Position numbers and translations under genes: made by a program. 64,000 nt of DNA, from contig OX597826.1 of assembly GCA_951406725.2 (NCBI GenBank), positions 34,844,001 through 34,908,000 on the forward strand, read 5' to 3'. This DNA comes from Octopus vulgaris. Its lineage: Eukaryota. Shown here piece after piece: positions 11,438 to 24,186 of the stretch. A model generated the notes under the pieces. The model saw only the letters and a program-made list of their open reading frames with translations, was not told the DNA's origin and did not search any database. Positions within the stretch are counted from its first letter, which is position 1, and the number at the start of each line of letters is the position of its first letter.

Positions 11438-11881
11438 ATGGGCTGATATGAGCTAAGAAAACAAATAATTGTTGTCTGTGGCATGGACTTGACCAACAAA
11501 GACAAATAAGTCTACATTAAATTAATAGACAAGATTGATTTTTGGTTTACGAATATTATCCCCTTTTTTCCGAGGAGATTGGTCAGTTTCTACGTGGCAG
11601 TTGATTCCAATTATAAACACGGTTAAATTATCTCACGAAACTATAATTATCCAAAATTGTCATGCCATTAAGAAAGACAGCCTGATTGTCAAACAATTGT
11701 TCTAGCTAGTCTTCAGCAGTCGAATCACTAAGAGATTTACAACCAAAGAAACGAAAATAAAATGGGCTTACTTATTGGCATGTATCTGAAAAGCAGTCAA
11801 AAAATGGCAGATACATACTTATTTGAACCATACAATGAAATAGGAGCTGAGTTAAAACGGTACACATACACACACACACAC

Positions 11882-11916
<35 letters not shown>

Positions 11917-12169
11917 TGTATGTATGTATGTATGTATGTGTATAACTTGTAACAGATGTGTTAAATGCTGCCTTATTTCATTTGTTCAATGACGCGTATA
12001 GTTTGTGTGTGTGTGTGTGTTTGCGCGTATGTGCATATGCATGCGTTTTCGTGCGTGCGTGTGTGTATTTGTTCCCGTATGTGTGTTTATATGTGTGAAT
12101 GTGTGTGTCCGCGTGTGTGTGTGTGTGTATCATCGAAGATACAAGTAAAATTATAAAATCAATACTCAC

Positions 12170-12395
12170 CGGATCACATTTGCCTCAAATAATTAGTCAT
12201 TCGCAATATTTGCATGAATGTATATAATTTCAAATGCGTATATTATTGTATGCCAGAGGGCGAGTGACAGTATATATACAGTTGCATGGGAAGACAGTTG
12301 CGACCACATGGGATCGGTTAAATCATGTACGTAGACACGAACTAATTTTCTAAGTACATGTTTCAAATTGACCACATGTTCCTTGATTACAGATG
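12170..12395 (-). pseudogene. Possible decayed TIL-type cysteine-rich exon
   Basis: CGQFETCT*KISSCLRT*FNR / PCGRNCLP / CNC spacing resembles TIL. Strong donor G|GTGAGT at 12170/12169. Needs stops and frameshifts to be read through. Confidence 0.3.
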
Positions 12396-12444
12396 TCTTA
12401 GTACTACTAGGAGTATTGCAATTAATTTTAATTATACTACGTGA

Positions 12445-12560
12445 CCTTGCGAGGTCTAGTGGCAAGGGAGTTGGTCTCACGATCGCCAGATCGTTGGTTA
12501 GATTTCCACACCGGACAGAGTGTTGTGTTCTTGGGCAAAACACTTCATTTCATGTTTCCC
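12445..12560 (+). mobile_element. Old tRNA-derived SINE fragment
   Basis: A-box-like GGTCTAGTGG and motif GTTGTGTTCTTGGGCAAAACACTT, also seen near 17015 and 63530. Confidence 0.6.
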
Positions 12561-14701
12561 TGATGGTTTGTGGAGTCCGACGTCTCAAAGGATAAACCCA
12601 GCGTTTTTTATACTTGAAAAAGGCAACATTGAGATAGGATTTGACTCCGACCTCGTAAGCCCTCTTCAACAGAGCATGGGTTGAAAGGATGTCACCTGAG
12701 TGGTACAAAGGTGACATCTGCCGGGAGTAGGGAACACCAACAAAATGGTGGATGTAATGATGAGCTGTTACAGCGCATTCACCAATACTCTACGAGTTCG
12801 CAAATATTGAAGTATCTCCTGTATTGAGATGTAAGGATATACAATATCATCAAAGTTGAATTGTATTTACCTCTGATTTAACAATTCAGACAATCTGGAA
12901 ATGTGTGACGATTCTACGAGGTAGAAACATCTAGTGCTTGGATTGCACCTGTTTCCGTAGACAGGAATCTAATTCTGTAGTGTATGTCATCAAAGAAGAC
13001 CTCTTCTGTTATTGTAATAAAACATATATCACCCATTAGAAAATTTCACTAAGATTTTGGTAAATGCTGTCAGCAACCGTCTATCGTTAATAGATTAAAT
13101 TTCATGAACAAAATATCTTTGAATTAAGAGAAACAAAATTATCATGATCAAAAGGAAACGAAAGATTTCTATGCTCTGCCTCAAAAGACTAGAAATATCA
13201 GCAAAATCTCCATAAAATCGCAGCATATCATCATACGAAAAATAAACGAAAGAAGTAACATTGAGAAATGATAATGCTCTGTATCTATATCTGCATGTGT
13301 AGCAGTATTATCAAGAATTGATAAGATGACACGTGCATGGTTGGAAGGAATCTGATCATAGGTTTATTTGATCCCATTTTACGTGGATTTAAATCGCAAC
13401 AGCGAAGATGTAGGGTTTCTCAAGTTACAAGCTATTGTATTGCTGCTTAAACTATATTTATAAAGCCATATCATCTGAATATCTGACATTCCTTACGATA
13501 ATAAATATGAGAGAAATATGAGTTTTGTTATACAGGAAGGAAAGTTGAAAGCATGTAGATACTAGATTGTGTTCGGTGAAGACACGTTCTCTAGTTTTTT
13601 CTTTTTTTTTTGGTTGTTTTACTCACGCTTATAATGTCATGAGTTCAATTTCTTAACTGGGCTATGTCTCTGAGCAAGGAAATTCATATCACGTTGCTAA
13701 AGCTACTCATGGCCGATTACGGGCACAGCTTTGTTCCCCAAACTGGCTGCTCAAATGGTGTGAGAGTGAAGGATGATTTTACTTCTCTTTGAAATAAGAA
13801 TGATTCTGCTTCTCTAAATAAATTCGCAAAAATATGGTACTTGTTATCAAGTCACTCCTTTCCGGGTCACGACTGACACTTCAGTCTGCAATAATTAACA
13901 CACTACATATCGCGGTGAGATATAAATGTATAATGGAACATTGTATGCACACACAGGCATACAAGACTAGATATAAGGAAGGCCACCATCCGACTAATTG
14001 GCCTCATAAATTATCTACTCTCTAGTCTGAAGGTTTTCTGTTGTACCTTCTAGACTTTACTATCGGCACTGTTTCTGTTCCTGAGAAATTGTTGGACTAG
14101 CCCTAATGTTTCCCTTCTCTTCATGACCAACTAAAGTTGACGTTATGTCGAAAATTCTGTTACTATATAATACGCTGTCTAGATCTATACAACATTCATC
14201 GTAAATAACTTCAAGAGACATTGCAATAAATATCGTTCCTGCTTTTGTTTCTAAGGAAAGTAGAGCACTTCATTACCCCGAGTCATCATGAAACTCAAAA
14301 CTCAGCGAAAAGATTGTGCTACTATATCTTATGATATTCTTGACACAGATTCTGCATATTGCATTGGTTTACATAATCGAAATGCTCCAGGTATTAAGAC
14401 CCATTGTGGCATCTCTCGGTACAACGTTTGTCTTAATATAAGACTATAATCAAAACAGATATTACTTCTGGAAAAATTTTTTTTTTTCACACACTAAGTT
14501 TTGGTAACTATGAGAGAATTTCCCGAATTGTCGCTCATAATATCGAACACTTAATTTTATGGTGACTGAGCGGGTAGATATTCTTGAGATTATCTAATGC
14601 AAAGAAAATTAAAGAAACTAATTCTGGCCGATTAACTGAAAATATAGAAGCGAGACCCACAGGAAAACTGTTACAACTTAATCCTCCAGATATAATATTC
14701 T

Positions 14702-15463
14702 TTTCTACTCTAGGTCCAAGGCCCGAAACTTGGGGAGAGGAGACCAGTCGCTTAGATCGACCTTAGTATGCAACTGGTACTTAATTTATCGACTCTGAAG
14801 TGATGAAAGGCAAAGTCGACCTCGGCGCAATTTGAACTCAGAACGTAACGGCAAACAAAATACCTATTTTTTACTACCCACAAGGGGCTAAACACAGAGA
14901 GGATAAACAAGGACAGACAAACAGATTAAGTCGATTATATCGACCCCAGTGCGTAACTGGTACTTATTTAATCGACTCAGAAAGGATGAAAGGCAAAGTC
15001 GAGCTCAGCGGAATTTGAACGCAGTACGTAACGGCAGGCGAAATACCTATTTCTTTACTACCAACAAGGGGCTAAACACAGGGAGGACAAACAAGGACAG
15101 ACAAACGGATTAAGTCGATTATATCGAACCCAGTTTGTAACTGGTACTTATTCAATCGACCCCGAAAGGATGAAAGCAAAGTCGACCTCGGTGGATTTTG
15201 AACGCAGTACGTAATGGCATACGAAATACCTGTTTCTTTATTACCCATAAGGGGCTAAACATAGAGGGGAAAAACAATGCTAGACAAACAGATTAAGTCG
15301 ATTACATCGACCGCAGTGCGTAACTGGTACTTTATTTATCGACCCGGAAAGGATGAAAGGCAAAGTTGACCTCGGTAGAATTTGAACTCAGAACGTAATG
15401 GCAGACGAAATACCGCTAGGCATTTCGCCCGGTGTGCTAACGTTTCTGCCAGCTCGCTGCCTT
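14702..15463 (-). mobile_element. Tetrameric SINE: one head, three 183-184 bp units, standard tail
   Basis: Unit boundaries at 14864, 15047, 15230 and 15414. A single 17-bp TSD TCCAGATATAAKATTCT (14685-14701, 15464-15480) surrounds the whole array. Confidence 0.92.
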
Positions 15464-16558
15464 TCCAGATATAAGATTCTGTTATATGAATAGCTAACCG
15501 AACAGTTTGGATTGAAAAATAAGGGTTTTCCTCTCTGTGAATTCTCTATAGAAGAGATAACCATCATACAAGGATAGTACCATACAAGGATTTAAAACTT
15601 GGTTTTATACTCTGCTCGGAGAAAGCATCGATTTTATTAGAATAAAGTTGTTTTCGACGCAAATCGGCTTAAAAAATTTCTTAATACCGAAATAAAGCCA
15701 AACTGAATGAACAGTACAACGCGAAATCGAACTACGATTTCAGATTTTCATGCCCTATCTATATTTTACCTTGCCACTTTATTACCGATCCAAACATTTT
15801 GCACTTACAATAATGTAATTTCTGCGTTGTCATTGTTTCTTTTGAAATTTCCATATAAAAATCAGCTGTATGGTTTCTATTTTTAATAAGTTACATTTCA
15901 TTATTCACTTCTTGCGTTTATGATATAAATACACAATGTCTTTTACTTCACCTAACCAAAAGGTTAAAAATGCAGAAACACTGCTCTTATTTCTTCAAAA
16001 TGTTATTACTTACACAATGTGATATTGGGACTGCAAAGAAAGTAAAATCACAATTTAAGAATATAACAAATCTTTATCTTTGCAGTGAAAGCTGGATATA
16101 AACGTTTCTATTATCAAAATATGTAAATATTAATTCTGTAACGTTTCTGAAAATAATTCGAAAGGTTCCCGAAATAAATATTCAATTTAATGAGTGAATC
16201 ACTCCTTAGCGTATTCACAGAGCCTATAAACCATTGTTTACCCTTAGTCTTGTGGATAAATATCACTGCTATGACTATTACTCAGTAGTTATAGCAGTGA
16301 CACTGTACTGAATACTCTTTTTCCCATTGGTGAAATTCAAAGTCGGTAAAAGTCACTTCACAGCAGGATGGATGTATAAATGAAATATTATATAATGCAG
16401 TATTTCAAATGAGAATCATATTACGTCAATCTGCATACATATGCATGTGTATAATGGGGTTCTGAATGGGTGGATTTGTGAGTGCGTGATTTGCCATCCA
16501 CATATATGTGTGTATATATATCCATCTTTTCTGTCTCTCTATATGTTTGTCTGCATAA

Positions 16559-16575
16559 GTAGATAGATAGTTAGG

Positions 16576-16644
<69 letters not shown>

Positions 16645-16806
16645 GAAGGGATGGATTGATGGATGAATGGGTGCGTTTTTGAGCAAATGGATAAGCAGGT
16701 GACTATAGTTATTTTAATGGAAAATATTTGAAGAAATTTTATTTCGTAAGTTCATTAAATAATTTAGTTTCAATTTTCTACTTACAACGCAGGAGGAATT
16801 TCAAAT

Positions 16807-16896
<90 letters not shown>
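16559..16896. repeat. (GATA)n and (TA)n microsatellites
   Basis: (TAGA)n ~16559-16643 and (TA)n ~16809-16896. Confidence 0.95.
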
Positions 16897-16899
<3 letters not shown>

Positions 16900-17152
16900 C
16901 GGATGCATGTGAATATAGATACATAATACTTACACTCAGACAGCCAAATGCATAGTAGTTATGGTGTTGCACTCACAATCGTTCATGGTTTCAATTCCTG
17001 GAGTGAATGGTGCGTTGTGCACTTGAGCAAAACGCTCCATCTCAAGTTGCTCTGACACATGATGCACAGTGCAAATTATGAACAAATCATTTGTGCAGGA
17101 CACGTACGACAAAAGCCGAACGCTCATTTGTTGTCTTCGACGGGAGAAACCG

Positions 17153-17225
<73 letters not shown>

Positions 17226-17390
17226 CAAAATTAGAAAAATGGAGAAACATACCTAAATCAATCATCAACCATCAGATAATACCCAATCAATACTTTATTA
17301 AACCATTACACCACAGCAATGATATTATACATTGATATAGTACAAATATAACAAGACATAGAAATAGAAATAGAAAATACATTTACATTG

Positions 17391-17504
17391 TAGCTGACAG
17401 CTGTTTCGGCTGTGAAGACAGGTATGTCCCATTTAACCTATTAGCCATATAAAGCAGGTATAAATGAGACATTAACAAGAATGTCTCACGGCCGCTTCAG
17501 AGAA
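17391..17504 (-). ncRNA. Degenerate type I hammerhead-like motif with long helix II
   Basis: Minus strand CTGAAGC-GGCCGTGA...TCACAGCC-GAAA-CAGCTG-TC-AG. Core has A9C and helix I is weak. Confidence 0.45.
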
Positions 17505-18480
17505 TTTAATGTAAGTATGAAAAAAATTTACATATAAATATGTGTGCATACACACTTATATTCCTACATATATATATATACACAATAATACAATATAAAC
17601 AATATAGAACAATATACAACAATATATATTAACAAACACAATAGTGTTCCATATTGAACTCCACAGTTTTATAACCAACATCAAGGTAATACAACATGTA
17701 CACTCACATTTAAAGCAGGCATATATATTGAACAGTCCAATCTATTAAAATGTGTCACCACACAAAAAGTTAATAAAAATATTAATATTAATAATAATAA
17801 TGACAACCACTATTTGTACCATCCAAAGCAAGCGGTAGCTTTGTTGGGTACTTCTCTAGCAGTATATTGGATATATGTTATCCCATGGAGGGTTGAATTT
17901 ACAACCCCTATCTCACTTTTATATATATATGTATGTATGTATGTATGTAAGCATTCCACTACTGTACGACTTCTACACACACTTTCTCTATGCTTCACTA
18001 GTCTCTGTCTTTCTCTTTTCTCGCCTCTGATTCTTTGGTCTCCTCTTTCCCCACTCTCTCACTTTTCTCTGTCTTTCTCACTTTGCACCTCACTGATTCT
18101 GTCGTCAAGCCAATCCTTGCCATGCTCTCTTTCTTCTCCTCTCTTTAATTCCTTCTTTCTCTCTCTTCCCCCCCCCTTTGGTGCCTTTGTCCCTCTTTTT
18201 CTCTCTCTCTCTCTTTGAATCCTTTGCTCTCTTTTTCTTTCTCTTTTCTCCTCTCACGTGACCGCCGGTAGACTAGCCTTTCGGCTTCTGAGCACCGCCA
18301 CGAAAACATCGATTTCTTCGTCTGCCGAAAAGGCATTTTTTTCCAAATACGCCAGTTAAGCTAAGTTGAACTGTCTAAAGTCGTAAGACACCCGCTGTTT
18401 TTGTCCTGTTATTACTATTATTGTTTTTTGTATTTATATTCGTGTGGCATCGTCCGTTTTTCTGTCCTTGTTTCGTATAC

Positions 18481-18620
18481 ATTCGATCCTTTTTCCAAGA
18501 AATCTAATGCTCGTAGCTTAGTTTTTCCTTGGTGCTGGCCGGATCGGAGCGATCTCAAGATTAATCAGCCGAAATTGCGAGGATGATCCGGTTCTTGACT
18601 GAAGATTAGAGGCTTCGAAT
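18481..18620 (+). ncRNA. Type II hammerhead-like motif within an unclassified repeat (~18260-18690)
   Basis: TTCCAA-GAAA-TC...GA-TC|TCAAGA...TCTTGA-CTGAAGA-TTAGAG. All three helices close at the expected core positions. Outer pairing ATTCGA/TCGAAT. Confidence 0.5.
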
Positions 18621-18714
18621 GACTCATCCGTTTTTTGTGTCGTCTATTTGAGTGTTTTGCGTTCTTTGCCCCATTTTGTATTTTTATATATATTTTTATA
18701 CACACACACACACA

Positions 18715-18762
18715 CACACACACTCTCTCTCTCTTTCTCTCTTCACACACACACACACAAGC

Positions 18763-18814
<52 letters not shown>

Positions 18815-18841
18815 TTGTGTGTATATAGATAGATAGATAGT

Positions 18842-18881
<40 letters not shown>

Positions 18882-18894
18882 TAGATAGATAGAT

Positions 18895-18975
<81 letters not shown>
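18715..18975. repeat. Compound (CA)/(CT)/(TA)/(GACA)/(GATA) microsatellite
   Basis: Direct reading. Confidence 0.95.
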
Positions 18976-21900
18976 GCATGTACAGATATACATATATACA
19001 TGAAATGAATGTATATTTGTATTTGGTGAGTGTTTTTGTACGTACATGTACCTACTAAATTACTAGTTGACACAATAAAATTTTCAAGTCTAAGCTCGAT
19101 AACGATCACCACTATTTCGCTCTCCTTCTTATATCAGAAAAGTTTCTCATAATCCGGGTGACGCTGTCGTCACAGGTATATTAGCAATGTGTTTCCTTCC
19201 ACTGTTTTCGTATTTACGCACTTAACTCATACTAGTCTATTCAAGGCAATATATTACATGCAAGTCTACATAACAAAACATTGGCAATGGAGAGATAATT
19301 GACTTTATATTCATTTGCTTAGCTTTGTAATATGGCGGAAAATAATTTCGTAATATGATTTATTGGAGGATCTTATCATATCCAAGAAAATATTTATATT
19401 TATTGTGCTTTGTACTAGAAACTAAAATGAAGCAGTTGTTAATTATAATTTCCTCCGTGAAGATTAGGAATCGTTTGCGTTTATTCTCAATTAATGAATT
19501 ATATGACAGATAGTGCATATGGCTACTCTTTCATCAGGTGTCATATTTATCAGTCGCTATTCCATAAAGAGCAACATTCATCTTTAGTACCTGTTCAGAT
19601 TTTGTCACTCCATTCAGTGACTGCAACTAAATTTTGTTTTAGTTTGTGGTATTGTTTTCCATGCTTTAAAAGTATATGGCATGGTAAACCATTTGAGAAT
19701 GAATTATAAATTATCCGTCTTTATTTGTAGTTCTTCACTGATACAGGTGTAATATCGTTAAAGTATGGAAGAGAATGTCTGGAGATATTTCTGCATATAA
19801 TATCCGTTGTAAACACAAATTCCATCAAGTTTAATACACTTTCCAGCGATTCGGGTTTATAAGTAAAATACAAGTCTAATGTTATGGTCAAACAGAATTG
19901 TTTTAAAGTTAGACTGAATCTTTATGTTCTTTTTCTCACAGGAAAACCATGGCCTTGAACAAAAGCAACTCAATGATAGGCATAGAAAACTTGTTAGCGA
20001 ATGCTCTATATTCTTCTGCTTATTATTCACAATGGCTTTGATATTAGAAATGGATTTGAGTTGTCTTTCAGATCTTGTGCAATCGATCTCCTCTCCCTGC
20101 ATTTCTTTGTCTGCATTCTGTCTCTCTCTCTCTCTCTTTCTCTCTCCCTCCCTCCCTTTCTTTTTCTCTCTCTCTCTCTCACTTTTAAAGAATGTAAAAA
20201 AAAATCTGCGTTGGCAAAACTAGTTTATAAAACTTATTTAACAATATTCTCCGTGCCGTGAAATTTCAGATATGGCCCTTCTGCCGGAAAAGAAGAGGTG
20301 TTAAGTGTGAGCTCTCGTGTTATGATGTTTCCTTAAAGGTAAACATCATAACTCTAGCTTCGGCAAATATCGTCTGTTTTTTTTATATTTTTCATCAGTT
20401 TTGATAGTCTGCTACAGGTATATTATTGCCCATGTTGTATCCCTAGAAACAACCCTAAAAAGTATTCAAACCTTGTGCCTTCTGTATTAACCTCCTTAGT
20501 GTCAGATGCTATTCAAAGCTTATGAGCCACACCTTACTTTCTTTGAATATTATTATTATTATCACTGAAATATCTATAATTCTCTATAATTTTGTATCTG
20601 TAAAAGAAATATAGAAAATGGCCATTTTCTCTTATATCAGTAAGAAGAAATAACCAGAGAGTTGTTGATAATTGGATGAGAGAATTGTCTGGGGATTCTG
20701 CTGCCAGATATTATAATGTGATTTTTGAATATATGACATATTTTGAATGTTTGAAAGGAAATTTGGTGTAAATATCCCTTGGGTAGTTGCCAATTATCTT
20801 TTAAATTTTCAGACCATTGAGTTGTCATGATCTTGTTTGAGGCAATTATTACATTTTCTATCATATTTATATTTCCTTTTCCGCTATTCATGTTGTTTGA
20901 TAATTCTTTCACAACAGTTTTCAATTCGCTTCAAACAAAATCAAAAGAACAGAAATATTAAAATAAGAAACAAAAATATCAAACAATAATAAAAAAATTA
21001 ACGTTTTTTTAACGTTGGCAAAAGACCATAGATTTCATTTTATTTTCGATTACATTAAAACTATTAGGTTATTGTTAATTATTTTATTGACTTTGGAAGA
21101 AGGGACAGTCAAGTCAACCCCGGTGGTCATTCCAATTCGTAATATGAAATTTTGTAGTTAAATACCGTAAGCTGATAAAGCCGATTCCGTTATACTTTTT
21201 GGTAATCTCCCGCCATCTAAACAAATATCAACAGATTTCTTAGACAATGAAGCCGTATGAATTCTTAAGAATAGATGTTAGATATATTTATTTAAGATAC
21301 TTAATCTGTTTAATGATTTAACTACACTATTTGGTGGCAACGCATCTTCCTACACTATGCTCCTGCCGGAGGCCTGATCTGGCCTCTTGTAAATACTCCA
21401 TCTAAATATGGTTGTTTGTTTCTTGGTACTTTTAAAAGAAATAAATCAATATATATCAATTTCATTTCGCAATTTATGAATTAAATTTACAAAGATAGAA
21501 TGTATATTTGTATACAAAATAAAGTAAGATTCCAAAAATAAGAATGTTCCAACCCGTATAAACTCTTGCATGAATTCGAACCCACAAGATGATTGAGTGG
21601 CAAGAAATGTATAATATGTGTTACACTATACATACGGCAGTGAATGTAAGGTGAGAGGTTTAATGTAAGAACTATTTCATGATCATCTCCTAGAAAATAA
21701 GTGAGATGATTTCATTCCAAACATCATTATTGCAATAAAAAAATCAGTGGCTGTAGAAATCTTGATTATATTTTAATGAAAATGTAAAAGGTTGAGGCTA
21801 CGAAAATGATACAGACAACGATGGCGATTATAATAAAATTCATTATCTAAAACCCCGAACTTGTAGTGGTTATAATATGTGGGAGAGGTAGGAATATAAA

Positions 21901-22437
21901 ATGATAGATATCCAGATCGATAGACTGATAGGCAAAAGGATAGCAAGTGAAAGGAAACAAGGTAGCTAGGTTGAATGTAATGAAGTTGCAATGATGACAG
22001 AAATGCCATTAATTCAAATCATACCCTTTATTATATTCTAACATCTCAGCTATGACTATATTCCGGCCAATTATCACTCTGCCTGATACAACGAACCGAA
22101 CGGCTTACTACTGCTTCTGCATCATAGATGAATGAGGAGAATAGGTAGGTAGTGTTAGCACCGAACTGCAAGTAAAATATTCCCCAAAATATACTATGCC
22201 TTATAAAATATTTTTGTTTATATAAACAACAGTAACATATCCTTAATGGAATATTACTCTCTCCAAATATACAAGCATATATATATATGTATATGTAGGT
22301 CCCGGGTTGAGTCGGGGTTAACCACAGTAAATAAGGTACTCAATACATAGCAGAGTAAATTAATTTATTTTATAGAAGGAGCTTCTACAGGACTAGAACT
22401 GTTTCATTCAAAAGAAATCATCAGTAAGCTAGGTGAC

Positions 22438-22616
22438 AAGAATAGTTTTGGCATTTATACACTTAGGCAGGTTTAAAGGGGTGGTGGTGGGGGACTTTTT
22501 GGGGTAGGCATGGCGCAAACTATCATTCTTACGGGAGTGGTCAAAGGAATCAGTGATAAAGTAGATAAAAGAATAAATAGAATAATAGAGTTTAGGTAAA
22601 TAAGGAGACTCACACT

Positions 22617-22661
<45 letters not shown>

Positions 22662-22839
22662 ATATATATACATATATATATACATACATACATACATACA
22701 TACACATACACACATACATCCATATACACATGTACATATGCACCCATTTACATACATCTACGTACACACCCATACCCATACTCATACATACACACACATT
22801 CATACACACACTTATATATATATATATATACATACATAT

Positions 22840-22889
<50 letters not shown>

Positions 22890-22996
22890 ACACACATATA
22901 CATACACATACATTTGCCAATACATGCACACACATAGACACACATTTCTTTCCTTACTTTTATTTTTATTTTTATTTTTATATTCATTTTTATTTT
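22438..22996. repeat. Left arm of a long inverted repeat
   Basis: Reverse complement of 25703-26045, 25515-25590 and 24068-24186. The unique ~180-bp block 22438-22620 nearly matches the reverse complement of 25866-26045. Confidence 0.9.
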
Positions 22997-23083
22997 GTAT
23001 ACCTCTGTGTGGATGTATGTATGTATATAGGTGTGCGTACGGATGTATATGTATGTGTATGTAGATGTGTGTGTATGTATATG

Positions 23084-23134
<51 letters not shown>

Positions 23135-23418
23135 ATATATGTGTGTGTATATATGTGTATATATGTATGGGTATATATATGTGTATATGTATGTGTATGA
23201 GTGTATCAGTACGGATTTGTTGGGTTTCTCTTTTTTTTATATATGTAGATAGATGTGAGTGCGTGTATGTGCGTAGATATGTGTATGTGTATTAGTATGT
23301 GCATGTGTATATATATGTGTATGTATATGTATAGATATATGGATGTATGTGTATGTAGTTATGTATACGACTGGTGTAGGTATATATGTGTATGTATATG
23401 TAGGTATGTACGTGCGTG

Positions 23419-23451
<33 letters not shown>

Positions 23452-24186
23452 ATGTATATGTATGTATATGTGTATATATATATATATATTTGTGTATATA
23501 TATGGAGTAGTCTTCTGTGTGTGTGCAGCTGCGTGTAGATATGAATTTGTAGGTACGTGTACGTATGCGTATATATGTGCATGTATGTAAATGTATGAGT
23601 GTAGGTAGATATATGTAGGTATGCTTTTATGTACACGTGTATGTGTGCATGTGTGCTAATATGTACTTAAGGGCGTATGGATGTGTATATATGCGTATGT
23701 ATGTTTATATGCACAAATGTCTGTATATAGGCAGATGCGTCTATATATGTGGGTAGATGTTCTTGTGTGTTTATGTGTACCGAAGTACATTTATATATGT
23801 GGTTTTGCGTGTATATAATTATGTGTACGTTTATGTGAATGTCGGTACACTTATGTATGTATGAATATAACACGTGCGTCTGTGTATATGTATGAGTGTG
23901 CGTGTGAGTGTGTGTGCGTGTGTGAGTGTTTGTGTTCGTATCAGTAGGAGGAAAGATAGAAAGGAAGGGAGAGGGGCAATAAATGGTCTTTTAAGCCAGC
24001 TAGGCAAGCTCCCTTGGGAGGACCCTATTTCTGTGGCTTGGATGGTCGAGGTCAAATAAAAACAATAACAATAAAAATAAAAATGAATATAAAAATAAAA
24101 ATAAGGGAAGAAATGTGTGTGTATGTGTGTGCATGTATATGCAAATGTATGTGTATGTATATGTGTGTGTATATATATGTATATGT

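Noticed and set aside
14702-15463. Regular repeats that could be mistaken for a CRISPR array
   Set aside because: The whole 183-bp unit repeats with no unique spacers, it matches a dispersed SINE, and there are no cas genes in this eukaryotic DNA.
20637-20924. 95-aa minus-strand ORF as a gene or R4 remnant
   Set aside because: Only a faint CH..HIIISG resemblance to a zinc knuckle, too weak to call.
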